DNA of 64,000 bases from an uncultured Candidatus Rokubacteria bacterium (lineage in GTDB: Bacteria > Methylomirabilota > Methylomirabilia > Rokubacteriales > DASRDR01): the NCBI GenBank assembly GCA_963708025.1, contig CAVPSB010000002.1, positions 320,001 to 384,000 of the forward strand. Reading direction: 5' to 3'. The notes under the pieces are model-generated. The model had not been told where the DNA came from and ran no database searches. It saw only the letters and a program-made list of their open reading frames with translations. Both the position numbers and the translations under genes were made by a program. Numbering within the stretch: the first letter of the stretch is position 1; every line of letters starts with the position of its first letter. Positions 11,081 through 20,407 of this stretch are shown one piece after another.

Positions 11081-11455
11081 TCACCGGGTCCCTTTCTCCC
11101 GCTGGGTCTGGCAGCTCAGACAGTGGCGGGCGGCCGGGATCGCCCGGAGCCGGGCGAGCGGGAGCTCCCCGCCGCAGCCCTCGCAGAGCCCGTACGTCCC
11201 GGCGCCGAGCTTGGCGAGGGCGATGGAGATCTCGTCGAGCGCATGCCGCTCGCGCCCCTCGAGCCGGGAGAGGATGGCGAGCACCTGGTCGTGGGCCACG
11301 TCCTCGATGGGGGCGCCGGGCTGGTGGGCCTCCAGCGTGGCCAGCTCCTCATCGGTGGCCGCCACGGTGCGCAACAGCGCCGTTCGGGACTCGAGGAGGC
11401 GCTGCCGACACTCCTCTCGCACGGCGGGTTCCAGAGAGCGCCTGGTCTGGGTCAC
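11081..11455 (-). CDS. TraR/DksA C4 zinc-finger protein
   Basis: GTYGLCEGCG..LARLRAIPAARHCLSCQ. Confidence 0.88.
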   Translation of the reverse strand: MTQTRRSLEPAVREECRQRLLESRTALLRTVAATDEELATLEAHQPGAPIEDVAHDQVLAILSRLEGRERHALDEISIALAKLGAGTYGLCEGCGGELPLARLRAIPAARHCLSCQTQREKGTR

Positions 11456-13872
11456 GGTGGACCTCCTGTCGGCGCCGCGGGCGAACCCGGCGCGGCGCGC
11501 AGCTCGCGGAATCGCCGCACGTGGGCGGCCAGGGCCAGCTCGACCGCCCCGTTGAAGCTGTCGGGGGGGAAGCGCCCGTCCGCCGACCGCTCGCCGGCGG
11601 GCCGGCCGGACAGGAGGGCGAGGCCCTCGTCCACGGTGGAGACGGCGTGGACCTGGAAGCGCTCCTCCCGGACCGCCCGAACGACGTCTTCCCGGAGCAT
11701 CAGGTGGCGGACGTTGGCCGCGGGGATCAGCACGCCCTGGCGGCCCGTGAGGCCCTGACGGACACAGGCGTCGAAGAAGCCCTCGATCTTCTCGTTGATG
11801 CCGCCCACCGGCTGGATCCCGCCGTGCTGGTTGACCGAGCCCGTCACCGCCAGGGCCTGCGTGAGCGGGATGCCGGCGAGGCTCGAGAGGAGCGCGTAGA
11901 GCTCGGCCGAGGAGGCGCTGTCGCCCTCGACCTCCTCGTACTGCTGCTCGAAGGCGATCGAGGCGGACAGCGCGAGCGGGTGCTCGCGCGCGTAGCGGCC
12001 GGCCAGGAAGCCGGTCAGGATCAGGACGCCCTTCGAGTGGATCGGGCCGCCGAGCTTCGCCTCGCGCTCGATGTCGAGGACCCCGGGCTCCCCCGAGTAC
12101 GTGCGGGCGGTGATCCGGGCCGGCCGGCCGAAGGCGTGGTCCCCGAGCGCGAGGACCGAGATGCCGTTGACCTGGCCGACCTCGGCGCCGTCGGTCGCGA
12201 TCAGGAGCGTGCCCTCCGAGATCGCCCGGCCGAGACGCTCCTCCACGAGGTTCGCCCGGTAGCGCCGCTGATCGATCGCTTCACGGACGTCGGCCGCGGT
12301 GACGACCGGGTGTCCGTTCCGGCCGGCCCAGAAGGCGGCTTCCCGCACGAGGTCGCGGAGCTCGCCCAAGCGCGAGGTGAGGCGCTGCTGGTGGGCGACT
12401 AGGCGGGCGCCGTGCTCGATCAGCGACGCCACCGCGTCGGGGCCGAAGGGCGCAAGCGCCTCTTCCCGGCAGACCCCGGCGACGAAGCGCGCGTAGAACA
12501 CCTCGAAGTCCGGCGTCCGCGGGACCGAGTCCTCGAAGTCGACCTTGACCTTGAACAGCTCGCGGAAGTCCTCGTCCAGCGCGTGGAGCAGGTAGTAGAG
12601 GAGCGGGGTCCCGATGAGAACGACCTTCACCGAGAGCGCGATCGGCTCGGGAGCGAGGCCGGCCGCCGCCACCAGGCGGTACTCCTCCAGCGGCTCCTCG
12701 ATCCGCACGGACCGGAACTTCAGCGCCTTCTTGAGGGCCTCCCAGGCGAGGAAGCTCCGGAGGACGTCCCGCGCGTCCAGGACCAGGTAGCCGCCGTTCG
12801 CCCGGTGGACCGCCCCGGCCTGGACGAGCGTGAAGTCGGTGACGAGGCTGCCGAGGTGAACGCGGTGCTCGATGCGGCCCAGTAGGTTCCCGTGCGTGGG
12901 ATTCTCCTCGAGGACCACCGGCGCCCCGGTCGCGCCGCTGCGGTCGACGAAGACGTTGACCCGGTAGCGCTCGAGAAAGGCGCCGGCCGGGGGCAGGAAG
13001 GGCAGGACGGGTGTCTTGCCCTCCTCCAGGCCCCGGAACTCCTCGGCGTGCGCGACGAGGTCGGCCTCGACGCGGTCCAGGTGGCGCTGCACGCCGTCGA
13101 GGCCCGCGAAGCGCTCCCGCAGGTCCTGGACGAGGCGCCGGGTCACCGTCGCGGCCGCCTCGCTCACCGCCTTCTCGTGAGCGAGGCGAGCCTCGCGCTC
13201 CAGCTGGCGGATCTGGCGAAGGGTCGCCTCCACCCGCTCGTCGAGGACCCGGGCCCGGGCCTCGATCGTCTGGCGCTCGCTGTCCGGGAGCGCGCCGAAG
13301 GCCTCGCCCGTCAGCGGCTCCCCCTGGGGAGCGAAGGCCAGCGCGAGGCCGCCGTGGGAGCGGAGGACGACGAACCGCTCGGCCCGGGCCGCCTCGTCCA
13401 GGCGTTCCATCTCCGCGTGCTGGCGCCGGTGGAGGTCCTCGAAGATGGCCGACTTCCGCCGCTCGAACTCCTCGCTCTCGAACGCCCGGGGCAGCCGGGC
13501 CTTGCACTCGTCCACCAGGCGCGCCATCTCCGCCCGGAGCTCGCGCCCCCGTCCGGCCGGCACTGCGAGCGCGGTCGGCCGGTAGGGGTCGGTGAAGTTG
13601 TAGACGTAGCAGTAGTCGTCGGGCACGGGCTCCGCCGCCGCGGCGGCGGCGAGCATGGCCCGGATCGTCGTCGTCTTCCCCGTCGCCGCCGGCCCGAGGA
13701 CGAAGAGGTTGTAGCCGGCCTGCTTCATCCCGATCCCGAAGGTCGTCGCGCCGAGCGCCCGATCCTGGCCGATGAGGCGATCGAGCGGCGTCAGCTCGGC
13801 CGTCGTGGCGAAGGGGAGGGTGGCGGGGTCGGAGATCGCCCGCAGCTCTTCGGCCCGGAGCCGACGCGCCAC
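11452..13872 (-). CDS. Lon-family protease (LonC-like AAA + S16 domain)
   Basis: LIGQDRA, GPAATGKTT, HRANGG, EGDSAS catalytic Ser, GGINEKIEGF Lys. Confidence 0.92.
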   Translation of the reverse strand: MARRLRAEELRAISDPATLPFATTAELTPLDRLIGQDRALGATTFGIGMKQAGYNLFVLGPAATGKTTTIRAMLAAAAAAEPVPDDYCYVYNFTDPYRPTALAVPAGRGRELRAEMARLVDECKARLPRAFESEEFERRKSAIFEDLHRRQHAEMERLDEAARAERFVVLRSHGGLALAFAPQGEPLTGEAFGALPDSERQTIEARARVLDERVEATLRQIRQLEREARLAHEKAVSEAAATVTRRLVQDLRERFAGLDGVQRHLDRVEADLVAHAEEFRGLEEGKTPVLPFLPPAGAFLERYRVNVFVDRSGATGAPVVLEENPTHGNLLGRIEHRVHLGSLVTDFTLVQAGAVHRANGGYLVLDARDVLRSFLAWEALKKALKFRSVRIEEPLEEYRLVAAAGLAPEPIALSVKVVLIGTPLLYYLLHALDEDFRELFKVKVDFEDSVPRTPDFEVFYARFVAGVCREEALAPFGPDAVASLIEHGARLVAHQQRLTSRLGELRDLVREAAFWAGRNGHPVVTAADVREAIDQRRYRANLVEERLGRAISEGTLLIATDGAEVGQVNGISVLALGDHAFGRPARITARTYSGEPGVLDIEREAKLGGPIHSKGVLILTGFLAGRYAREHPLALSASIAFEQQYEEVEGDSASSAELYALLSSLAGIPLTQALAVTGSVNQHGGIQPVGGINEKIEGFFDACVRQGLTGRQGVLIPAANVRHLMLREDVVRAVREERFQVHAVSTVDEGLALLSGRPAGERSADGRFPPDSFNGAVELALAAHVRRFRELRAAPGSPAAPTGGPP

Positions 13873-13984
13873 CGTCAACCCTTCTTCGAGGCGATGATGC
13901 GGCCGGCTCGCGGCACACGGTTGCGCATCTCGTCCTCCCGGCGAGTCGGGGACCCGCTCTCGATGGGCGGAGTCGTTCGGGGGT

Positions 13985-14000
13985 TGCAACGAGAGTGCCA
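13985..14000 (-). promoter_or_regulatory. sigma-54 promoter (Lon-like operon)
   Basis: Consensus TGGCAC-TCTCG-TTGCA. Confidence 0.8.
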
Positions 14001-14037
14001 CGGTGCCATGGCCAGCGCCGTGTCGGGGATGGAGGCC

Positions 14038-14053
14038 AGGCACTTCGGTTGCA
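14038..14053 (+). promoter_or_regulatory. sigma-54 promoter (CBS-mat-pcm operon)
   Basis: AGGCAC-TTCGG-TTGCA, back-to-back with 13985-14000. Confidence 0.75.
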
Positions 14054-14075
14054 GCGGACATCCGTGGAGGCGGCG

Positions 14076-14531
14076 ATGCGAATCGACGAGGTGATGAGCC
14101 GGAACGTCGTCACGATCGGCCCGGAGGAGACCTGTGCCGGGGCGCTCGCCCGGATGCTGCAGTGGAAGGTCCGCCACCTCCCCGTCCTGGACGCCGGCGG
14201 AAAGCTGAGGGGCATCGTGACGGATCGGGACCTTCGCCACCACCTCTTTGCCCCGGGAGTGCTGGAGCGGCTCGGCCGGACCCCGGCGAAGCGCCTGCTG
14301 GAGCAGCAGTCGGTCCACGCGATCATGTCGGCCCCCCCCATCTGCCTCGAGGCGTCGGCCGACCTCGAGGAAGCGGTCGGCATCATGCGGCGTCACCGGG
14401 TCGGCTCGGTGCCGGTGCTGGATGGCGACAAGGTCGTCGGCATCCTGACGGAGACGGATCTCCTCCGGCATCTCGTGGGCGCCGAGACGCCACCGGGGCC
14501 GGAGCTCGACATCATCGTCTCCTACCCGTAG
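14076..14531 (+). CDS. CBS domain protein
   Basis: RHLPV..GIVTDRD, SVPV..GILTETD; GGAGG SD. Confidence 0.9.
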   Translation: MRIDEVMSRNVVTIGPEETCAGALARMLQWKVRHLPVLDAGGKLRGIVTDRDLRHHLFAPGVLERLGRTPAKRLLEQQSVHAIMSAPPICLEASADLEEAVGIMRRHRVGSVPVLDGDKVVGILTETDLLRHLVGAETPPGPELDIIVSYP

Positions 14532-14549
14532 GTCGGCAGGACCGGACGA

Positions 14550-14587
14550 TGGGGCAGCGCCGACCCAGGTGGGGCACGGACGACCCG
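14550..14587. promoter_or_regulatory. tandem putative activator boxes
   Basis: TGGGGCAGCGCCGACCCA and TGGGGCACGGACGACCCG, 20-bp period. Confidence 0.55.
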
Positions 14588-14638
14588 CTCGCGGCTGCGC
14601 CGGGCGCCGCCGAGGGCATTCATGGAGGGAGGCGGACG

Positions 14639-15334
14639 ATGCGGGCCGGAGACGTGATGACGGCCGACGTGGTGACGGTGTCACCGGGGGCGCGCGTGGA
14701 AGAAATCGCCCGTCTCCTGCTGGAGCACCACATCAGCGCGGTGCCGGTCGTGGACGCGGGGGGACGGCTGGCCGGGATCGTCAGCGAGGGCGATCTGGTG
14801 CGGCGGGTCGAGACCGGAACCGCCGGGTCCCGCGCCTGGTGGCTGGAGCTGCTGGCCGACCCGGCGACGCTCGCGCTCGAGTACGTCAAGACCCATGGGC
14901 GCCGGGCCGCGGACGTGATGACCCGGACGGTGGTGACGGTCGAGGAGGATGCGTCACTGGCCGACGTCGCGCGACTGCTGGAGGGGCGCCGCATCAAGCG
15001 CGTCCCCGTCGTGCGGGAGGGCCGGATCGTCGGGATCGTGAGCCGGGCCGACCTGGTCCGGGGACTGGCGGTCCGGTCGATCGAGCCGCAGCCCGCCACG
15101 GTCGCGGACGATCGGGCGATCCGGGAGGGCGTCCTGGCGGCTCTGCGGGGGCAGCCGTGGTGGATCGGCACCTACCAGACCGTCGTGGTGGTCGACGGCG
15201 TGGTGCACCTGTGGGGGATGGCGCGCTCGGTGGCCGAGCGGGCGGCCATGCGCGTCGCGGCGGAGACCGTGCCGGGGGTCCGGGGTGTCGAGGATCACCT
15301 GATGGACTTCCGCGCGTGGGTGGGCGCCGAGTAG
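14639..15334 (+). CDS. CBS + BON domain protein
   Basis: GIVSEGDL, IKRVPVV..SRADL; C-term DGVVHLWG..VPGVRGVEDHL. Confidence 0.92.
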   Translation: MRAGDVMTADVVTVSPGARVEEIARLLLEHHISAVPVVDAGGRLAGIVSEGDLVRRVETGTAGSRAWWLELLADPATLALEYVKTHGRRAADVMTRTVVTVEEDASLADVARLLEGRRIKRVPVVREGRIVGIVSRADLVRGLAVRSIEPQPATVADDRAIREGVLAALRGQPWWIGTYQTVVVVDGVVHLWGMARSVAERAAMRVAAETVPGVRGVEDHLMDFRAWVGAE

Positions 15335-15342
15335 CCTGAGCG

Positions 15343-16539
15343 ATGAACCCCATTGCGATCGGCCTACTCGGGAGCGAGCCGGTGGGCGGACGGCGCGTGG
15401 AGCTGGTCGAGCGCAAGGGCCTCGGACACCCGGACACGCTCTGCGACTCCCTGGTGGAGGCCGTCTCCCTCGCGCTCAACCGCCTGTACCTCGAGCGCCT
15501 CGGCACGATCCCGCACTACAACGTCAACAAGGCCCTGCTGGTCGCCGGGCAGTGCAACAAGGGCTTCGGCTGGGGGCACGTCCGCGAGCCGATGGAGCTC
15601 GTGATCGGGGACCGGGCCACCTTCACGGTGAACGGCACGGTCCTCCCCATCGCCGGGACGGTGGAAGCGGCGGTCGGCGCCTGGGTGACCACGCACCTGC
15701 CGCATGTCCGGGCGGGCCAGGATCTCCGGGTCCGGCTGGCGCTGGCGCCGGGGTCGGAGGAGCTGCGCGCGATCTACGCGCCCGGGGGGCCCGTGACCTC
15801 GAACGACACGTGCGGGGCCTCGGGCTATGCGCCGCTCAGTCCGACCGAGAAACTGGTGCTGGCGATCGAGGGCCATCTCAACGGCCCGTCCTTCAAGCGG
15901 CGCTTCCCGGACACGGGGCAAGACGTCAAGGTGTTCGCGTTTCGCGAGGGCGAGGAGGTCGACCTCACCATCGCCATGCCGCTGCTGGCGGCGCTCACCG
16001 GGTCCGAGGTCGCCTACTTCCAGCGGAAGGAGGCGATCATCGCGGAGCTGGCGACCCACTTCGCCGGCGAGCCCTTCGCGCTCGACTGGGCGCTCAACGC
16101 CCTGGACCGCCCCGGCCACGGTGCCGCCGGTGCCTACCTGAGCGTGACGGGCACCTCCGCCGAGGACGCGGACTCGGGGCAGGTGGGACGGGGGAACCGC
16201 GCCAACGGCCTGATCGCGTTCGCTCGCCCCACCGGCGGCGAGGCGGCGGCCGGCAAGAACCCCGTCGCCCACGCCGGCAAGATCTACAGCGTGTTCAGCC
16301 ACCACCTGGCGCGCTGCCTGCACGCCCGCTGTCCCGGGCTCGACGAGGTCTACGTGCACCTGGCCGCGCGGATCGGCGACCCCGTCGACGCACCCCGGGT
16401 GGCGGTGGAGCTCGTCCTGGCCAAGGGTGCCGCGCTGAGCGACGTCGAGGCGTCGGTGCGCGAGGTGGTGGCGGCCGAGGTGGCCCGGCTTGCCGAGTTC
16501 CGGCAGGAGCTCGTCCGGGGGGACCATGCGGTCTGCTGA
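15343..16539 (+). CDS. archaeal-type methionine adenosyltransferase (SAM synthetase)
   Basis: ELVERKGLGHPDTLCD, SNDT, GQDVKV, DSGQVGRGNR, AGKNPV. Confidence 0.9.
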   Translation: MNPIAIGLLGSEPVGGRRVELVERKGLGHPDTLCDSLVEAVSLALNRLYLERLGTIPHYNVNKALLVAGQCNKGFGWGHVREPMELVIGDRATFTVNGTVLPIAGTVEAAVGAWVTTHLPHVRAGQDLRVRLALAPGSEELRAIYAPGGPVTSNDTCGASGYAPLSPTEKLVLAIEGHLNGPSFKRRFPDTGQDVKVFAFREGEEVDLTIAMPLLAALTGSEVAYFQRKEAIIAELATHFAGEPFALDWALNALDRPGHGAAGAYLSVTGTSAEDADSGQVGRGNRANGLIAFARPTGGEAAAGKNPVAHAGKIYSVFSHHLARCLHARCPGLDEVYVHLAARIGDPVDAPRVAVELVLAKGAALSDVEASVREVVAAEVARLAEFRQELVRGDHAVC

Positions 16540-17254
16540 TCCGGATGCGACGACCGGCCGCGACCCTCGGGTCCGACCGGAGATGACCGCCGCCCGCCAG
16601 CGCATGGTGGAGCACCAGCTGGTGGCGCGGGGCATCCACGATCCGCGCGTCCTGGACGCCATGCGGGTGGTCCCGCGGGAAGCGTTTGTCGCTTCACGGC
16701 AAGCGGCGTACGCCTACGACGACGGCCCGCTGCCGATCGGGGAGGGGCAGACGATCTCCCAGCCGTACGTGGTCGCCTTCATGATCGAGGCGGTGGCGCC
16801 GGCGGCGGGGGACCGCGCGCTCGAGATCGGAACCGGCTCCGGCTACTCGGCGGCCGTGCTGGCCTCGATCGTGGCCGAGGTCTACACGGTGGAGCGGATC
16901 CCGGCGCTCGCCGACGCGGCCGCCGCGCGCCTGGCCGAGCTCGGCTCCCGGACCGTGCACGTCCGGTGCGGCGACGGGACCCTCGGCTGGCCGGAGCACG
17001 CGCCGTACGACGTCATCATCGTCACGGCGGGCGGCCCCCGGGTCCCACCGGCGCTGCTCGATCAGCTGGCGCCGGGCGGCCGGCTGGTCATGCCGGTGGG
17101 CGACGATCCGCGCGTCCAGCGGCTGGTGCGGGTTCGGCGCGGCGCCGATGGCACGGTATCCGAGGAAGCGCTGGAGGCCGTCGCGTTCGTGCCCCTGATC
17201 GGGGCGCAGGGCTGGCCCTCCGCCGCTGGCGCGCGAGGAAGCGGCGCCGGATGA
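16526..17254 (+). CDS. pcm: protein-L-isoaspartate O-methyltransferase
   Basis: GQTISQPYVV, LEIGTGSGY, APYDVIIVTA, FVPLIG. Confidence 0.95.
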   Translation: MRSADPDATTGRDPRVRPEMTAARQRMVEHQLVARGIHDPRVLDAMRVVPREAFVASRQAAYAYDDGPLPIGEGQTISQPYVVAFMIEAVAPAAGDRALEIGTGSGYSAAVLASIVAEVYTVERIPALADAAAARLAELGSRTVHVRCGDGTLGWPEHAPYDVIIVTAGGPRVPPALLDQLAPGGRLVMPVGDDPRVQRLVRVRRGADGTVSEEALEAVAFVPLIGAQGWPSAAGARGSGAG

Positions 17255-17272
17255 CTCGACGCCCTTGGATCG

Positions 17273-18772
17273 TCACGGGGCGCCCCGGGCGAGCAGGAAG
17301 GGAACGCCGACCGCGAGGAGCGAAGCGAGGTAGATGGCCCCGAAGACCGACCCGAGGATCCAGAAGTCCTTGCGACCGACGTACCCGCTCCCGAAATAGA
17401 TGGGCGCGGGACCGGTCGCGTACGGGGTCAGGATCCCCATCAGGCCGATCGCGTAGCAGAGGGCCAGCGCCAGCGGGCGCATCGGCATCCCGGGGATGGC
17501 CGCCCCGGTGGCCAGGAACACGGGCAGCAGCGTCGTGGCGTGCGCCGTGAGGCTCGCGAACATGTAGTGCGCGACGAAGAACGTGGCGACGAAGAGGAAC
17601 ACGATGCCGGTCACCGGGATCGCCGACAGGGCGCCGGACGTCCGCTCGGCGAACCAGTGGAGAAAGCCGACCCGGTTCAGTCCGTCGGCCAGCGTCACCA
17701 GGGTCGCGAACCACACCAGCACTTGCCAGGCGTCCCGGTGGGCGAGGATGTCCGACCAGTCGAGGACGTGCGTCAGCAGCATCAGACACACGGCGATCAG
17801 GGCGACGGCTGTCGGGTCCAGCCACGGCCCGGCGAAGACCCAGAGCCCGAGGGCGAGGATCGCGATGGCGGCCATCGTCACCTCCTTCGCCGTCATGCCG
17901 CCCATGCGGGCGAGCTCGAGCCCGGCCCAGACCGGGACCTCCTCGCTCGTCTTCAATCCCGGCGGGTAGATCACGTAGACCAGGGCCGGCAGCGACAGGA
18001 ACAGCAGGACGCCGACGGGCAGGAATCCGATGGCCCAGTCCCCCCAGCCGACCCGGATGCCGGCGGTGCTCTCGAGCAGGGCCACGGCGAAGAGATTGGC
18101 GGCGTTGGCGGTCAGGAACATGGAACTCGTGATCCCGGTGGCCGCGAACGCGGTCCACATCACGTACGATCCCACGCGGCGCGGGTCGTGGTCCGGCGAC
18201 GAGCCGTAGAGCGCCGGGATGCCCTTGATGATCGGGAAGATCGTCCCCCCGCTCCGCGCCGTGTTCGACGGGATGAACGGCGCCAGCACGAGGTCGGCCA
18301 GCGCCACGGCATAGCCCAGCCCGAGTGTCCGCCGCCCCAGCCGCCGAACCAGCACGAGGGCGATCCGTCGGCCGAGGCCGCTCTTCTCGTAGCCCAGGCC
18401 GAGCATGAAGGCGACGAAGATCAGCCACACGGTGCCGTGGGAGAACCCGGAGAGTGCCCACCGGATGGACTCGGCCGGCGCCGGGGCCACCAGGCGCAGC
18501 GCCGCGGCGGCGGTCACCGCGAGGAGACCGACGACGGGCCCGGGCAGGGGCTCCACGATCAGGGCCGCGATCGTCGCCACGAAGACGCCCAGGTAGCGCC
18601 ACGCGGGGGCGGCGAGGCCCGGTGGGGGCGGCACCAGCCAGATCGTCAGGCCGAGGAGCGCTGGAACGAGCGCCCGCCAGCACCGGTCTCGGGCGGTCGG
18701 GCGTCGGGCGCCGACGGCGGCCGGGGGGACCGGCTCGGCCCGCGCCCCGGTCCCGAGCCCGGCAACGGTCAT
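17273..18772 (-). CDS. DASS family anion permease (CitT/TtdT-like)
   Basis: PSNTARSGG, FASLTAH, TPYATGP; polytopic membrane protein. Confidence 0.92.
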   Translation of the reverse strand: MTVAGLGTGARAEPVPPAAVGARRPTARDRCWRALVPALLGLTIWLVPPPPGLAAPAWRYLGVFVATIAALIVEPLPGPVVGLLAVTAAAALRLVAPAPAESIRWALSGFSHGTVWLIFVAFMLGLGYEKSGLGRRIALVLVRRLGRRTLGLGYAVALADLVLAPFIPSNTARSGGTIFPIIKGIPALYGSSPDHDPRRVGSYVMWTAFAATGITSSMFLTANAANLFAVALLESTAGIRVGWGDWAIGFLPVGVLLFLSLPALVYVIYPPGLKTSEEVPVWAGLELARMGGMTAKEVTMAAIAILALGLWVFAGPWLDPTAVALIAVCLMLLTHVLDWSDILAHRDAWQVLVWFATLVTLADGLNRVGFLHWFAERTSGALSAIPVTGIVFLFVATFFVAHYMFASLTAHATTLLPVFLATGAAIPGMPMRPLALALCYAIGLMGILTPYATGPAPIYFGSGYVGRKDFWILGSVFGAIYLASLLAVGVPFLLARGAP

Positions 18773-18886
18773 GGGGGGGCGACCTCCCACGACACCATCC
18801 CGACATCGGTTCGTCCCACCGCGCGATTACCTCTCGACCTCGACCGGACTCCCGCCGTCTCGCTCGCGCCCGATCGCGACCCGACG

Positions 18887-18902
18887 CGCAAGCGGCGTGC
18901 CC
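18887..18902 (-). promoter_or_regulatory. sigma-54 promoter (DASS gene)
   Basis: GGGCAC-GCCGC-TTGCG. Confidence 0.65.
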
Positions 18903-18946
18903 GAGACGCCGGTCGAGCCGGGGCGGGCGCATCCGCCGGGCCGGAG

Positions 18947-18984
18947 GCGGACGTCGCCGCCCCAGGTGAGGTGGCGCTGCCCCA
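18947..18984. promoter_or_regulatory. tandem putative activator boxes between divergent promoters
   Basis: GCGGACGTCGCCGCCCCA and TGAGGTGGCGCTGCCCCA. Confidence 0.55.
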
Positions 18985-19089
18985 GCCGCATCCGGCGGCC
19001 CGGCGCGCTCACGCCCGGCGCCGGGGTGCCGGGCGCCTGGCGACGGCCAGCGTGGCGCCCCTTGGCCGCGGCGCGCGGCCGGTCGCGCG

Positions 19090-19105
19090 TGGCAGGGTCA
19101 TTGCA
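19090..19105 (+). promoter_or_regulatory. sigma-54 promoter
   Basis: TGGCAG-GGTCA-TTGCA. Confidence 0.7.
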
Positions 19106-19141
19106 TTCTCCGAACCGGACGATCGGAAACCGAGGAATCGA

Positions 19142-19687
19142 GTGAACCGCATATATCGAGCCTGGACCGTGGAGAAGCGAGCGCTCGCGATCGGGCTCGC
19201 CGTGTTGCTCGTGCTGCTGGTCGCGGCGCCGGTCGAGGCGCACTGGCGGGCGGGGTTCTGGGTCGGACTGGGGACGGGGGCGCTGTTGACGGCTCCGCTG
19301 TGGTGGCCGTATCCGTACGGCTATCCCGCTTATCCCGCGTACCCCTCGTATCCCTCGTATCCCTCCTACTATCCTTACTACCAGTATCCTTACTACCAGC
19401 AGTATCCCTCTTACCAGCCGTATCCCGGGTACGCCTACCCGGCTCCGCCGGGAGGCTCCGCCGCACCTCCGGCGGCGCCGGCGACCCCGACCACCCCCAC
19501 CCCGTCCCCACTCACGCCGTCACCGCCGGCCGCCCCGACGCCGGCCCCATCGGCGGGGACGGGCAGCGGAACGCCGTCGCAGTGCGAGACGGTGTGGGTG
19601 GAAGGTCACTACGAGACGCACGTCGGGCCGAGCGGGCAGGCCGCGACCGTGTGGGTGCCCGGCGGCAGCCGCCAGCTTTGCCAGTAG
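19142..19687 (+). CDS. secreted Tyr/Pro-rich hypothetical protein
   Basis: Signal peptide, (YPx)n tract encoded by 9-bp repeats, C-term C..VWVEGHY..VWVPG..C. Confidence 0.7.
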   Translation: MNRIYRAWTVEKRALAIGLAVLLVLLVAAPVEAHWRAGFWVGLGTGALLTAPLWWPYPYGYPAYPAYPSYPSYPSYYPYYQYPYYQQYPSYQPYPGYAYPAPPGGSAAPPAAPATPTTPTPSPLTPSPPAAPTPAPSAGTGSGTPSQCETVWVEGHYETHVGPSGQAATVWVPGGSRQLCQ

Positions 19688-19724
19688 GCGGCCCGCGGCG
19701 CGGGCCCGCGGCCACCTGGCCGGG

Positions 19725-19740
19725 CGGCGCGATTCTTGCT
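19725..19740 (+). promoter_or_regulatory. sigma-54 promoter
   Basis: CGGCGC-GATTC-TTGCT. Confidence 0.65.
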
Positions 19741-19777
19741 CGCTGACGAGGGACATTCCATGCACAGGAGGTGCGCG

Positions 19778-20206
19778 ATGATCGGCGATATGTGCACGAA
19801 GCCGGTGATGACGGTCTCGCTCGAGGCGACGATTCACGAGGCGGCCCACCGGATGTGGACGCGGAAGGTCGGCGCGCTCGTCGCGGTTGACGAGGCCGAG
19901 AAGCCGGTCGGGATCGTCACCGACCGGGACATCGTGGTGAAGGTGGTGGCCGCGGGAAAGGACCCGGCCAAGGTGCAGGTGGGCTCCATCATCCGGCGGA
20001 GCCCCGCGGTGATCCGCGAAGACCAGGGCATCCTGGACGCGACCAAGCTCCTGAGCCGGCGGGGCGTCCGACGGCTCCCGGTGGTCGGCAAGGGCGGGAA
20101 GCTCGTCGGAATCGTCTCGCTCGACGACCTCCTGATGCTCCTGGGCAGCGAGATGGGCCACATCGCCTCCGCGCTGGCCAACGAGCTGGGGCGAGCGAAG
20201 GTCTAG
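19778..20206 (+). CDS. CBS domain protein
   Basis: GIVTDRDIV, VRRLPVV..GIVSLDD; AGGAGGT SD. Confidence 0.92.
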   Translation: MIGDMCTKPVMTVSLEATIHEAAHRMWTRKVGALVAVDEAEKPVGIVTDRDIVVKVVAAGKDPAKVQVGSIIRRSPAVIREDQGILDATKLLSRRGVRRLPVVGKGGKLVGIVSLDDLLMLLGSEMGHIASALANELGRAKV

Positions 20207-20365
20207 AGACTTTCGGGGGGGTCTCGGAAGACCCCCCCGATGCCCCCCTTTCGGAGGCCGCGGTCGTGGGACGGCCTTCGGCCTTTGGGCCGCGGCTCGA
20301 AGCGGAACGCCCCGGCCGCGTGGCCAGCGCCGGAGCGCTGCGAGAAGCCGATGGGTGGGGAATGG
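20207..20365 (+). repeat. intergenic repeat family B copy
   Basis: GGGGGGTCTCGGAAGACCCCCC hairpin..GGCCTTCGGCC..GCCGCGGCTCGAAGCGGAACGCC. Confidence 0.8.
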
Positions 20366-20407
20366 GCGGCCGCCGGCATTGGCTGACCCCGGCGTGACGG
20401 AGGGGAC

